DNA of 63,580 bases, filler included, from Octopus bimaculoides (lineage: Eukaryota), in the NCBI RefSeq assembly GCF_001194135.2. It is 6 parts of 6 records of this genome, joined end to end, with 100 filler letters (N's around TTAATTAATTAA, not from the genome) between each part and the next. Parts side by side here need not be neighbours in the genome. Positions count along the whole stretch, not along the records: positions 23,192 to 35,386 come from NC_068991.1; positions 35,487 to 42,258 come from NC_069003.1; 4 more parts are not named here. One strand, 5' to 3'. Under the pieces are notes generated by a model. The model worked only from the letters and a program-made list of their open reading frames with translations. It searched no databases and had not been told where the DNA came from. A program made the translations under genes and the position numbers. Shown here piece after piece: positions 26,776 through 40,354 of this stretch. The first letter of the stretch is position 1. Every line of letters starts with the position of its first letter.

Positions 26776-26815
<40 letters not shown>

Positions 26816-26925
26816 CCTATCTATCTATCTATCTATATATATATATATTTATGTATGTATGCATATGTCTTTGTATATGTATGTATACATACATACATAT
26901 ATATATGTGAGTGTGTGTGTGTGTG

Positions 26926-26958
<33 letters not shown>

Positions 26959-28018
26959 TCTATCACTCTCCACATATGCATATTCATACATACACATATA
27001 CATATGTGGAAACGAATAAACTTTTTGTAGCTGTCATTATTTGCTAGTAGAATCATGAATTACAATATGCGCAGATGGCTTACGTACGCCATTCTGTGCC
27101 GTTATCTATTGTTTTATGATAGTTACATCTGGGAATACCATCTCGTTATTATCTTGAAAAAGTTTTTCTTTTATTTATATCCTCAAATATTTACTTCTCA
27201 TCATTTTGTGAAATTACTAATGAAATCGTTAAACACATATCTCCGGTTCGTTTTGTTTTCTGTCAAAAACAATTGTATCTGTTTGTGTGTTTGTGTGTGT
27301 GTGCGCGTACGTTTTGTGTGGATGTGTAAATATGTCTGTATATATATGTATATATGTATGTATATAAATATATAATTATATATAAGTATATATATGTATA
27401 CATACGCACATAAATAAACACACACACACACATATATATATACATATATATATATATATGTATGTGTGTGCATGTATATATATATATTCCTAAAGACACA
27501 TATACACCCAACCCAATCACACATATATGAAACAGATATATTTACTCGCTCATAGATTCTTGATTCAATGATAAGTTAGCAGATCACCATATACAAGACT
27601 GATATGTTTTTATAACAAATTTAAATATTTACATATTTAGCAATCAAAATTTACCAGTTGCACAAAGATGAAACTTATCGGAACTATGCAAATTACATTA
27701 GAGAAGTGTGAAACCGTAGTATTTCCATATTTGATATCATTCTTAAATTTCTTTTACAATATCTTTTTGATATTTTGTATATATATATATACGGTGAGTA
27801 TTCGGATCTGAGATCATCTGGAAACAGGTATTTTCTAGAACCAGATTTGCATACAAGATAAAAATGATAATAATCCATTCTAGTATCGGTATATGGCCTG
27901 AAATTTCGGGGGAAGCGGCTATTCGACTCCATCAAGCCCGAAAGGATAAAAGGTAAGGTCGGCCTCTGCGGAATTTGAAATCAGAAAGTAGAGATGTAGG
28001 AAAAAGTATGGCGAATTA

Positions 28019-29619
28019 GAGGACGGACCTGACAACATACAGAGGAAGTTTAGGGACAGTAGAAATTAGGAGAGGCATCTTCCACGGGGACTGCCCCCCC
28101 CCACGGATCTTTGAACTGTGATTGATACCACTAACACTGATTCTCAGGAAAGCAAAAACTGGGTATGTATTCAAAAGCCGCCAATAAAATGTCAACCATT
28201 TGTTATTCATGGATGACCTCAAACTTTATGGTAAAGATGAAGCCCAGGTCAGTTACCTCGTTGATACGGTGTATACCTTCAGTGCTGATATGAGAATGGA
28301 GTTCGGACTGAGAAACTGTGGTGTGTTAGTCTTGAAGAGAGGCAAAATCAAATGTATGGACTGGCTAACGATACCGTCTGGTGTGGTTATGAAGCAGATA
28401 GAAGACACGGGCTATAAGTACTTGGGGATTTTGGAAATGGATAAACTGATGGAGAAAGAAATGACAGAAAAAATTAAGGTGGAGTACTTGCGCAGACTGA
28501 GACGCATCCTTAAGTCGAAATTAAACGGACGGAATAAGATCGAAGCTATCAACACCTGTGCAGTTTCACTCCTTAGATATGGAGCAGGGTAATCGCATGA
28601 ATAGTAGACGAACTGAAGAGCTTAGACAGAAAGACAAGGAAGTTGCTAACTAGATATAAGTCACTCCACCCAAAAAGACACACTGACAGAATGTATGTAC
28701 CAAGAAAAAGAGGGGGAAGAGGACTTATTGGATGCAAGCATAGCATTAGATCAGAAGAAAAGGACATAGCATGGTATGTAAAAAATGCCACAGAACCGCT
28801 ATTATAAGAAGTAAGGTCGGGTTTGTGTAGGATGAAAGATTGCAAAGATAAAGCACTGTACAAGAAATTGAAAACGAATGAAACTGAAAATAGGTGGGTA
28901 AAGAAAAGAATGCATGGTCAATTTGATAGGGATGTTGAAGATAAGACAGACACAGAAAAATATGGCTGTGGATGACTAAAAGTGATTTAAAACTGGAAAC
29001 CGAGGCTCTAATCTGTGCTGCTCAAGAGCTAACGCTAAGAACACACTACATAAAATACAGAATAGACAACACAGCAGAAAGTGATAAGTGCAGAATCTGT
29101 GGACAAAACGGTGAAACTGTATGGCATATTACCAGCCAATGTACACCACCAGAAGGAATATAACAGACGCCACGACAATATAGCCAGGCTTGTCCATTGG
29201 ATAATTTGCTACAAGATTGGACTTGACAGGGCAAAAAATTGGTACGACCACAAACCTGAAGGCATCGTCGAAAATAGAAATGCAAAGATCCTATGGGATT
29301 TTATGATTCAGTGCGACCATGAGATAGAAAATAGGAAGCCAGACATAGGCTTAATTGAGAAAGAAAGCAAACTATGCTGGATCATAGATATAGCATGCCC
29401 AGCTGACAACAAGGTATGCGATAAGGAAGAAAGAAATGTCGAGAGATATGACAGGTTAGCTTGGGAGGTTAAGCAGTTGTGGTCGAGGACAAAGGTGATG
29501 GTAGTACCAATAATTGTCGGAGCCCTGGGAACAGTGAGCAAAAGTCTTGAGAAGTATGTGGAACAAATAAGGGCTGCAATAAGGGTGGAGCACTTGCAGA
29601 AAACAGCACTGCTTGGAAC
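28019..29619 (+). mobile_element. R4-clade RLE non-LTR retrotransposon (family 1), RT plus CCHC plus RLE, disrupted
   Basis: IRRGIFHGD, NHLLFMDDLKLYGK, LKSKLNGRNKIEAINT, LETEALICAAQE, CRICG..HITSQC, KILWDFMIQCDHEIENRKPDI, IIDIACP, KTALLGT. Confidence 0.95.
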
Positions 29620-30440
29620 CATAGGAACTTCGGCCAGTTTTTCGATATGGCCGTGTATTAGCATGTGACAGACGAGCAGTAAACTCACATCAATGATTTC
29701 GTCCTGTATTTTATATTATTGTCAGAACAATAGGAAAAGTGAAAATCACGTTCGAATTTCAGACTGTATTAGCCTTTTAGTTACGTCCGGTAGCTCCCTG
29801 GCTCGCTATTGTTTATTTATCTAAGCTGTGCGCGCGCGTATATAAGATTTGGAAGGTCATGTTCCAAATTTTGGCGTTATAGATGCCTGTAATGCATAAA
29901 GTGGTAGATACTGCCATTTTCCTCACATTCTAGTTTCCAAATCAGGAATATGATCACGCAGTTGTAATGCGCTGATATATGTACAGGTCTTTAGGTGTTT
30001 AACTGCTTAAAGACATACGTAAAAGGGCAGCTCTATTGTAACATATATGCATGGAAAAATACCTAACTAGAATACAGGATCAGATAACCTAAACCAGATT
30101 ACACTTAGGGAAGATGAGCTGCCAGAAAATGGGTTATAGCTAGATTTCCTGTTATAAATATCAAGAAAAGCCGGAAACAAATTCTTGAAGGTGGGGTTCT
30201 CCAGTTTGATCGCAGTTCAGCAACTAAATCCATTTAAAGTGTGATTTAAAGAATGTGTATGCTTAAAAAAATACATAAAGCGAATGTAGTCCGAGATATC
30301 CAAAAAATAGGTTTGGTTCATTAGTGGAGCGTCATTGAGCATCAATGATAAATTTAGTCAACTAGAGAAATACCGGAGTTAAACAATAGTATCCCTTTAT
30401 ACAACAATAGTGTTTAGTTATTTCTTCTAATATAAATGAA

Positions 30441-30756
30441 GGCGCGTGGTTTAGTGGTTAGGGCATTCGACTCGCGATTGTAAGGTCGTGAGTTCAATTC
30501 TCAGCGACGCGTTGTGTTCTTGAGCAAGACACATTATTTCACGTTACTTCAGTTCACTCAACTGGCAAAAATGTGTTGTACCTCTGTATCAAAGGGCTAA
30601 CCTTGTCACACTTGTTACGCTGAATCTCCCTGAGAACTACGTTAGGGGTACATGTGTCTGTGAAGTGCTCAGCCACTTGCACGTTAATTTCACGAGCAGG
30701 CTGTTCCGTTGATCGTATCAGCTGGGATCCTTGTCGTCGTAACCGACGGAGTGCTC
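30441..30756 (+). mobile_element. Full-length SINE family C (tRNA-derived)
   Basis: A box tggtttagtggttag and B box gagttcaattc; body gcgttgtgttcttgagcaagacac; tail ...gtcgtaaccgacggagtgc. Copies at 2206, 37110 and 50382. Confidence 0.9.
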
Positions 30757-32217
30757 CTTTGATTCTGATATAATATGTAGTTGCCTGTAACTTCTTGTTC
30801 TTGTGAATCACATCGACTGAGAAAGGATTCATTTTTTGAGCTTCTTCAAATGGCCTTACTGTCTATCTACTGATCAATCTTGCACCTATTTTGTTAACCC
30901 TGTATTTGTAACAATCTAGATGTGATTTAAGACAGAGATCGGTATGCTGTGAATAAATTACCGACACAATTTATTGTTCTCATCTATCATATAGCTCAAA
31001 CCCCTCTAACAAAACAAAAAGCAAACGCAATAAATAAAATAACAATTTGAACGACAAGACCGATGATGTGGAGAACAAGAACACAAATGGCATGACTGTT
31101 CTGTAAAAGGATGATAGTCACAGAAGATAAAACTGCATAGAGATTTAAGACCAAATAATAATATAAAAAAATATAAAAGTAATATTAACGAGATACAATG
31201 AAAATATATCTATATTGATCACGTTAAAACTGAGTGAATGTATTTTATATTGTATATTTTAATCTTATATACTTTATATCTCCACAAAATTCGTGTTATA
31301 TAAATAATGAGCCTTCAACAAACTGTCAATTTCTACTCTTCATTTATGTAATACTTCCTAAATACACGTTTAATGCACATTCGTGTAGGAGATCGGATCG
31401 ATATTTAGATAAACTACTTCAATGCGTACAATAAATTTAGTGCAGTTTTCTGTGCTACTTGTGTTTGAGAATTATTTAACACATAGCTGAATAGTATACG
31501 GGAACACATATATTTAGACGCGTCAGCCATTCAAATGCATACAAAGACAAGAAATACACGCCAGGGTGTGAACAAGCACGTTCGAAGTTCATATACAGAA
31601 AGAACTGTCTGCCTGCCTGTCTTCCTGTCTGCCTGTCTGCACATCTCTCCTTCTCTCTCTCTCTTTTACTCTTTCTATCTCTGTCTCTGTATACAGAGAG
31701 TGAGAGAGAGAAAGAGAAAGAGAAAGCGAGAGAGAAAGAGAGATACGGACATATATGTATATATACATAGATGTATGTATGCATGTGTGTATGTATATGT
31801 GTGTGCTTGTATCTCCCTGTTTAAATGTTGGTATGGTCATGCGACCATAAATACATATATGTCAATGTGCAACATTGTTACAAAAGGCACAGTAACCCCG
31901 CTGCGTATGATGGACCTCTGGTCTTTGTCAAGGCATCCCTATAACAGAAGGCAGACTCGCATATAAAACTCGTTGCTCTACTGAGCCGGATAAATTGCAT
32001 TTTGCTTGCCTCTGGGCGTCTTGGTATTACTAGTGAAAGTGGTTGTGGTGCTGCGCAAGTCACAATCCAGTGAAAACCCCTTGTACCCCTGGCATTGCTG
32101 ACGCATGTGTTAGCGAAGGTTATGTTCGTCTAAAACAAAATAAAAATAGACACCAATCATGTGTTTACGTCTCCCTAACCTTGACGTAAACGATTAACAG
32201 AATTAGTAATACATTTA

Positions 32218-32437
32218 AGGCAGCGAGCTGGCAGAAAAGTTAGCACGCCGGGCGAAATGCATAGCGGTATTTCGTCTGCCGTTACGTTCTGAGTTCAAAT
32301 TCCACCGAGGTCGACTTTGCTTTTCATCCTTTCGGGGTCGATAAATTAAGTACCAGTTACGTCCTGGGGTCGATGTAATTGACTTAATCCCTTTGTCTGT
32401 CCTTGTTTGTCCCCTCTATATTTAGCCCCTTGTGGGC
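32218..32437 (+). mobile_element. SINE family A, tail type 1 (3' end runs into gap)
   Basis: Near-consensus copy. Confidence 0.92.
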
Positions 32438-33291
32438 NNNNNNNNNNNNNNNNNNNNNNNNNNNNNNNNNNNNNNNNNNNNNNNNNNNNNNNNNNNNNNN
32501 NNNNNNNNNNNNNNNNNNNNNNNNNNNNNNNNNNNNNNNNNNNNNNNNNNNNNNNNNNNNNNNNNNNNNNNNNNNNNNNNNNNNNNNNNNNNNNNNNNNN
32601 NNNNNNNNNNNNNNNNNNNNNNNNNNNNNNNNNNNNNNNNNNNNNNNNNNNNNNNNNNNNNNNNNNNNNNNNNNNNNNNNNNNNNNNNNNNNNNNNNNNN
32701 NNNNNNNNNNNNNNNNNNNNNNNNNNNNNNNNNNNNNNNNNNNNNNNNNNNNNNNNNNNNNNNNNNNNNNNNNNNNNNNNNNNNNNNNNNNNNNNNNNNN
32801 NNNNNNNNNNNNNNNNNNNNNNNNNNNNNNNNNNNNNNNNNNNNNNNNNNNNNNNNNNNNNNNNNNNNNNNNNNNNNNNNNNNNNNNNNNNNNNNNNNNN
32901 NNNNNNNNNNNNNNNNNNNNNNNNNNNNNNNNNNNNNNNNNNNNNNNNNNNNNNNNNNNNNNNNNNNNNNNNNNNNNNNNNNNNNNNNNNNNNNNNNNNN
33001 NNNNNNNNNNNNNNNNNNNNNNNNNNNNNNNNNNNNNNNNNNNNNNNNNNNNNNNAATCTAATGTAGAAACAGCGTAACGCTTGTGTGACAAAGGCAAGC
33101 GAAGTTTCGTATGTGTCGTTTTGTTCTCACTTTTTCTCTCCCACCAATTTTTGCAGCATTCGCTTCTTTCTCCCCGTCTCACCATCGCAGTCAGTTCTTT
33201 GAATAGCTTAGCATTTTTGTCTCAGGTTCAATTCGGCTATATCTAGTTATCAGACACACAGACACGCATACACACACACACGTACTGTGTA

Positions 33292-33326
<35 letters not shown>

Positions 33327-33792
33327 NNNNNNNNNNNNNNNNNNNNNNNNNNNNNNNNNNNNNNNNNNNNNNNNNNNNNNNNNNNNNNNNNNNNNNNNNN
33401 NNNNNNNNNNNNNNNNNNNNNNNNNNNNNNNNNNNNNNNNNNNNNNNNNNNNNNNNNNNNNNNNNNNNNNNNNNNNNNNNNNNNNNNNNNNNNNNNNNNN
33501 NNNNNNNNNNNNNNNNNNNNNNNNNNNNNNNNNNNNNNNNNNNNNNNNNNNNNNNNNNNNNNNNNNNNNNNNNNNNNNNNNNNNNNNNNNNNNNNNNNNN
33601 NNNNNNNNNNNNNNNNNNNNNNNNNNNNNNNNNNNNNNNNNNNNNNNNNNNNNNNNNNNNNNNNNNNNNNNNNNNNNNNNNNNNNNNNNNNNNNNNNNNN
33701 NNNNNNNNNNNNNNNNNNNNNNNNNNNNNNNNNNNNNNNNNNNNNNNNNNNNNNNNNNNNNNNNNNNNNNNNNNNNNNNNNNNNNNNNNNNN

Positions 33793-33848
<56 letters not shown>

Positions 33849-33991
33849 TATGTGTGTGTGTAAATACATTTCTATAGACGGCAAGTTTGACAGAGTCGTT
33901 AAAGTATCGAATTACTTCGCGGTAATTCTTGCTGTTCTCTGCTTCATTCAGAATCGATGATATTCCAGTTCTGCACTGGAGTCAACTCTTC

Positions 33992-34091
<100 letters not shown>

Positions 34092-34097
34092 CTATCC

Positions 34098-34157
<60 letters not shown>

Positions 34158-34999
34158 GTATGTCTGTATTCTTGCTATATTTGCTGAAATAAATCGGCTG
34201 TGTCCAATCCAGAAGAGGGATCAGCTCTGCCAGACCTTAAAAATGCCCGAGGACAATTTATACCCAACAACGGCTCTACGCGTGAATGCACGAGTTGATA
34301 TCCGAGGAGAAAACACGGCAACACATTTCTGTTAGACGTAAAAGAAACAAATGTTGCAGGAGATCCCTACTATTACTGGAAAGAGAACTCGCTTTCGTGG
34401 ACTAAAGAGATGTAATGATTTGGAATTATGCACTCCTTTATTACCGTATGTAAACATTGATTTGTTCCCACCAGCCACTGCATTTGAATTAGCCAGCTTT
34501 ATATTCAATGTAATTTGATATCATTTATTCAAATCTATCGATTAGTTAAGTAGGCTTTGTAAGAGAACAAATTCCTACTCCATTTGCGAAATATTTATTA
34601 TAATAGCACCTATCCGTTTTCGAGTTATCAATGCACAATTTGCCGGGCAACGTTCTTTAATAATTTATTCTCGTTATTTCAAATGTAGTTCCTTGAAATA
34701 ACGACGTATAACTTCGTTTATGGTAAACCTTCGCCCCTGCTTTCTGTTAACAACCAGGAAATATGTATAGGAAAACATTTCAATGAATCTCTTTTGTTTT
34801 GCGCAGCTGAGATGAACACAACATAAATCTAAAATTTGTCAGGTAGCTATGGCAGCGAGAGGAGAGCAAGTGGACTGTAGGATATAAATCTAGAGAATCT
34901 AATTTCAATGATTTGAGTTAAGTTAGATCCGATGCCCTTTTATAAGTTAGCCTAAACGTTCTCAGAATCTTGTGGTTGTCATTGATAATCAGTTGATTT

Positions 35000-35386
35000 C
35001 GTTTGTTAAGAAGTTATGTAACATTTGAGTCACTTCACTCCAATGAAGCTATATCGTGAGATACACAAACATTCAACTATGAGAACCTCGCGTCCTATAA
35101 CAGAAACAGCTGTTAAGTCAATGAAATTGATGGCATTATTTCTTATTCTCTTGAGTTTAATTACTTATAGACACGCACTCAAAGCCAGCTGGAGGAGATG
35201 TCCTCCTGGGGCTAAAAGCAACAGTAACATCAACCCCTTGGGGTCAGCCACACTTAAGTGGCAATATACTACACTTTATCGTGCAGTTACTGTTAATACT
35301 TCATTTAGAGAATTAACATTGCTTGTTTTCACCTTTTCGATATCAGTGAAGAATTTCACTTGAAAAGAAGATATAAGATTGCCAGG
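35000..35386 (-). mobile_element. hAT-superfamily transposase C-terminal (dimerisation-domain) relic
   Basis: Minus strand VYCHLSVA...KLKRIRN...LTAVSVIGRE resembles hATC YPNLSxA...KLKLIKN...LxxLAILSIERE. Stops present. Confidence 0.5.
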
Positions 35387-35486
35387 NNNNNNNNNNNNNN
35401 NNNNNNNNNNNNNNNNNNNNNNNNNNNNNNTTAATTAATTAANNNNNNNNNNNNNNNNNNNNNNNNNNNNNNNNNNNNNNNNNNNN

Positions 35487-35635
35487 ACTTTCAGATTCTG
35501 TCTACCAAATCCACTCACAAGGCTTTGGTTGGTCCGAGGCGATAGTAGAAGACACTTGCCCAAGATGCCCACGCAGTAGCAGGACTGAACCCGAAACCAT
35601 GTGGTTGGGAAACAAGCTTCTTACCACACAACCAG
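35487..35635 (-). mobile_element. SINE family B head/body
   Basis: Homologous to 13995-14156. Confidence 0.85.
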
Positions 35636-36149
35636 ACCAGCTAAAAAAAAAAAAAAATCACACACAAAAGAAAGGAACACAACGTCCTTGACTTTCGGAA
35701 ACATTTTTTTTCTTACACACCCCTCAGGATCACTGAACCAAGGAAAATAACACCCAGGCCCATTATTTGCCCTCAAAATACTGCAGCCTTAAAAAATTCC
35801 TTCCTCCCCGGAATTCACCCAACCCCTGACGTACCAATGAACCCTTATTCTTTACAATGCATTTCAAATATTTACTTTTCTCTGTTCTTGTGTTTCAGTC
35901 TGTCTGCCATGCACGTACTTCTAGATTTCCTGCCTGTCTTTCTTTACGCGCCTCTCTACGTCTGCACTCTTTTAACCTTTCTATGTCTGTCTGTTCTCCA
36001 TTTAACCTTTCTCAACGAGTTTTAGTGCACCTGAGCACGATACACAATAACATCATTATTATTCGCCACACTTTATATGTTTATCTATTGTCCTCACTTC
36101 ATCCGTCGATCTGGTGACAAATAAAGATCATCATCATCATCATCATCAC

Positions 36150-36186
<37 letters not shown>

Positions 36187-36189
<3 letters not shown>

Positions 36190-36587
36190 TAGTTTTATTT
36201 TTATAGCGTGCTTTCACTTCACTACCGAGCGCAGCTCTGTGTGCCTTGGGTATGTGCTGTGGTTTGCTGTGATGCTCTTATGGTTACTGTATTGAAAGTG
36301 TTTTGCGTAGGATGTGTGCAGTGCCCAGTAGTGCAATTTTCTGTATGTTATATATACTTGTAAGTCCTGGAGTTTTTGTTATGTATTTGTCTGAATATTT
36401 TTTTTATTATACCTAAGGCACCTACTATGATAGGAATTGTTTCTGTTTTTAGATTCCACATTCGAGTTACCTCTATTTCCAGGTCTTTGCATTTTGAAAG
36501 TTTCTCCATTTCTTTTAGGGAAACGTTGTCATCTGCTGGTATTGATACATCAATTAGAAAGCATTTTTTCCCCTTCATTAAAAAAAT
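36187..36587 (-). mobile_element. 5'-truncated R4/Dong-like RLE element (family 2) embedded in (TAA)n
   Basis: KCFLIDVSIPADDNVSLKEMEKLSKCKDLEIEVTRMWNLKTETIPIIVGALG. Flanked by (TTA)n at 36151-36186 and 36588-36608. Confidence 0.92.
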
Positions 36588-37109
36588 TTATTATTATTAT
36601 TATTATTAACGGGATCTTGATAACCGGTCTTCCCGGACCTGCGCTTTTCCTTCCTTCAGACTCAACAAGTAAAAAGAAGAGAAAGAACCAAATTACTTTT
36701 ACTCATTTATTTATTTATTGGGTTTTGTTTTTGACTTTGGGTATTTTAAGGGTTGTTATTGTTGTTGCTGCTGCTGCTGATGATGATAATAATTCATGGG
36801 TCCACACATCAGGAAATTGTGCGTTTGCTGATTCTTGTACGAAGGGATACCCAAAAGAAACCGGAATTTTGCAATGTCATTTTATTCACTCAGTTTTACA
36901 TGTTTACACTTTTATCGCCTTCAAAGTATTCTACATTTGAAGCAATGCATCAGTTCAGGTGCTGTATTTTCTTTTACCCAAAGTCAGGAACGTTTCAGCA
37001 CTCCCTTGTGTGTGTGTGTGTGTGTATGTGTGTACTGCGCTCGCGTACGTGTGGTATGTGTTCGCGCGTGTAAAGACATTTAAGACTTTTTCCTCGAAGC
37101 TTAGAACTT

Positions 37110-37295
37110 ATAGGACCAGTAACCCGGTTTCCTTGCCGTATAAGTCCACCGCGGAGTTACTCACTTTCGCCAACTGAGTGGACTGGAGGAGCGCGAAACG
37201 AAGTGTTTTGCTCAAGAACACAACACGCCACTCGGTCTAGGAATCGAAACCATGACCTTGCAATCATGAGTACAACACCCTAACCACTAGGCCTT
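37110..37295 (-). mobile_element. SINE family C, partial
   Basis: Reverse complement of ctagtggttagggtgttg...ggtttcgattcc...gtgttgtgttcttgagcaaaacac. Confidence 0.8.
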
Positions 37296-38080
37296 CATTT
37301 CATTTAAAACTACGTGTTACATTTTCCAAGAATCAAAGAATAAAAACTAGAACCAGTGTTAGAATATGCTATAGAGTGTAAGAATATTTTGGACCAATTT
37401 CAAAAAAAAGTTCTGAGACTTACAAAATGATGGACTCGAATTACGAATTACGAATATTCGAAACTGCTTTTGATGTAATGCCAAATGAAGTTTCTGATAT
37501 CTTAGAACGCAAGTTAATTCTTTTACAATCGGATTAGACTTTGACATCCAAATTTAGTCGATTATCAATTTTGGAATTTTATAAATCCTATGTAGATATT
37601 AAAAGATATGTACTTTCGGCGAAAAAGTCTTTGAACTATCTGCGACGCCATATCGGTAAATGATTCTTAATAATGTGAAAACTGTTTCTAAAAGTTAAAT
37701 TCATTCAAGAACTACTTGGTACTAGACTTACAGATCATTACTTTGTTAACCAGGTAAGAAGAATTACCGTATCGAAGACCCCTTCGTTAGCATTTCTGAG
37801 TTTTCCAATCCGAAACGGAATCAACTTTCTTATTGCAAGGTAAGAGTCTTCCTTATATTTTTAGCATTATGCTCTGTGGCGTCTTTTGGTCTTTACGTTT
37901 TTATGTCATTACAGCTCTCTGATTAATTGGTGGGTTATTACGTTTTTAATTAATGGAGCTCAGTGTGGTTTCATGCATATGCGTAGACTTGTAGCTCCAT
38001 GATACATCTCGTGGATGCTCTGCGATGCATCGTCAGTAATGTTTTGTGGGTCTTAGGGGCTGCGGGGTCTTTGTGTATCA

Positions 38081-38575
38081 GATGTAATCGACTTAATCCC
38101 TTTGTCTGTCCTTGTTTGTCCCCTCTGTGTTTAGCCCCTTGTGGACGATAAAGAAATAACAAACTTGAGCGCGCCGGGCGAAATGCTTAGCGGTATTCCG
38201 TCTGCCGTTACGTTCTGAGTTCAAATTCCGCCGAGGTCGACTTTGCCTTTCATCCTTTTAGGGTCGATAAATTAAGTACCAGTTACGCACTGGGGTCGAT
38301 GTAATCGACCTAATCCCTTTGTCTGTCTTTGTTTGTCCCCTCTGTGTGTAGTCCCTTGTGAGCAATAATGAAATAAGAAACGTTAGCACGCCGGGCGAAA
38401 TGCTTAGCGGTTTCGTCTGTCTTTACGTTCTGAGTTCAAATTCCCTTGAGGTCGACCTTGCCTTTCATCCTTTCGGGGTCGATAAATTAAGTACCAGTTG
38501 CGTACTGGAGTCGATTTAATCGACTGCCCCCTCCCCCAAAATTTCGGGCCTTATGCCTAGAATAGAAAAGAATAT
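38081..38575 (+). mobile_element. Head-to-tail cluster of three family A SINEs (3' fragment, tail-1 copy, tail-2 copy)
   Basis: Three consecutive matches to the family A consensus. Confidence 0.9.
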
Positions 38576-39365
38576 CTGTGTGGCGAGGAGAGAAGAAATC
38601 CTATATGCTTAGAAATAACAGCCAAATCAGCCTTCAGTCACACTCTATACCATTTTAAATAAACGTAGAATGGTGTATTGGACAACAATGTGACGTGCAC
38701 GCGCGCACAAACGCACACACACACGTGTGTCTGTGTGCGTGTGTGTGTGTGTTGCGCATGTACAAGAATAACTGGATGGGAGGGGCTGGAAGGTGGGAAT
38801 ACCTTTTGCCCATAATTCTACTCGATTACGGTTGACCTGGGGTGAAACACCACGACCACCACCATCGTCAGCACCACCACCATGTCCACCGCCGCTGCCA
38901 TGACAAGTAAATATTGTTAGCTTTGCTTTAAACTACTACTACTACTACTACTACTATTTCTACTACTACTATTGCAGCAGCGGCAGCCGTAGTAGTAGTA
39001 GTAGTGGTGCCCGTCATGATGGCAACAAGTTCATTAAGAGTGGGGGTAGGAGTGATACGCGGAGGTCTAGAGGTGGGATGGGATGTGGGGTGAGGAAGAG
39101 AAGGAACGTAGTGAATCAGAGGGAGGGAGGGTGGAGTGGATGGATTGTGTGTATGTGTGCGTGCGTTTGTGTGTGCGTGCGTTTGTGTGTGTGTGCGTTT
39201 GTGTGTGTATGTGTGTGTGTGGTGTATGTACTTTTGTGTGTAAAGTTACTGGAAGAAGGCGAGAGACTAAAGAGAGAGAGAGAGACAGAGCTAGGTAGCT
39301 AACTAAATAAATGGACAGAGAGAGAGAGAGAGAGAGAGGGGAGAGAGAGAGAGTGAGAGAGACAA

Positions 39366-39406
<41 letters not shown>

Positions 39407-39890
39407 ATGGNNNNNNNNNNNNNNNNNNNNNNNNNNNNNNNNNNNNNNNNNNNNNNNNNNNNNNNNNNNNNNNNNNNNNNNNNNNNNNNNNNNNNNNNNN
39501 NNNNNNNNNNNNNNNNNNNNNNNNNNNNNNNNNNNNNNNNNNNNNNNNNNNNNNNNNNNNNNNNNNNNNNNNNNNNNNNNNNNNNNNNNNNNNNNNNNNN
39601 NNNNNNNNNNNNNNNNNNNNNNNNNNNNNNNNNNNNNNNNNNNNNNNNNNNNNNNNNNNNNNNNNNNNNNNNNNNNNNNNNNNNNNNNNNNNNNNNNNNN
39701 NNNNNNNNNNNNNNNNNNNNNNNNNNNNNNNNNNNNNNNNNNNNNNNNNNNNNNNNNNNNNNNNNNNNNNNNNNNNNNNNNNNNNNNNNNNNNNNNNNNN
39801 NNNNNNNNNNNNNNNNNNNNNNNNNNNNNNNNNNNNNNNNNNNNNNNNNNNNNNNNNNNNNNNNNNNNNNNNNNNNNNNNNNNTATATAT

Positions 39891-40144
39891 GGTAATCTTC
39901 AAGTTTAGGGGGATAAAAGAAATAAATAAAAATATTCAAGGGAAGTAACTGAATGTCTTACCAGTATTCTTCGTACATCTCTGGTTATAAATAAATCACA
40001 CACGTGATTTGATTGACGTTAGGGTTAGGGTGTGATTTATTTATAAACAGCTAGAAGAAAACGGATAATACTGGTAAGTCGTTCAGTTACTTCCCTTGAA
40101 TATTTTTATTTATTTTTGTTATCCCCCTAAACTTGAAGATTACC
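39891..40144. mobile_element. MITE/foldback element with 78-bp TIRs in (TA)n context
   Basis: 39891-39968 is the reverse complement of 40067-40144 (4 mismatches by eye). A further inner 17-bp inverted match ttataaataaatcacac. Centre contains gttagggttaggg. Confidence 0.9.
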
Positions 40145-40196
40145 TATATATATATATATATATATATATGTGTGAGTGTGTGTATACACACATATA

Positions 40197-40354
40197 TACG
40201 GCGGGCTTCTTTCATTTTCCTTCTGCGAAACTCGCTCAAGGCTTTGGTCGACCCGAGGTTATAGTTAAAGAGACACTTGCCCAAGGTGTCACGCAGTGGG
40301 ACTGATCCCGAAACCATGTGGTTGGGGACTAAGATTCAGCCACGCTTGCGCCTC
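40197..40354 (-). mobile_element. SINE family B head/body
   Basis: Homologous to 13995-14156. Confidence 0.85.

Noticed and set aside
30441-30510. tRNA genes suggested by A/B boxes in SINE heads
   Set aside because: No complete cloverleaf, and each continues into a SINE body.
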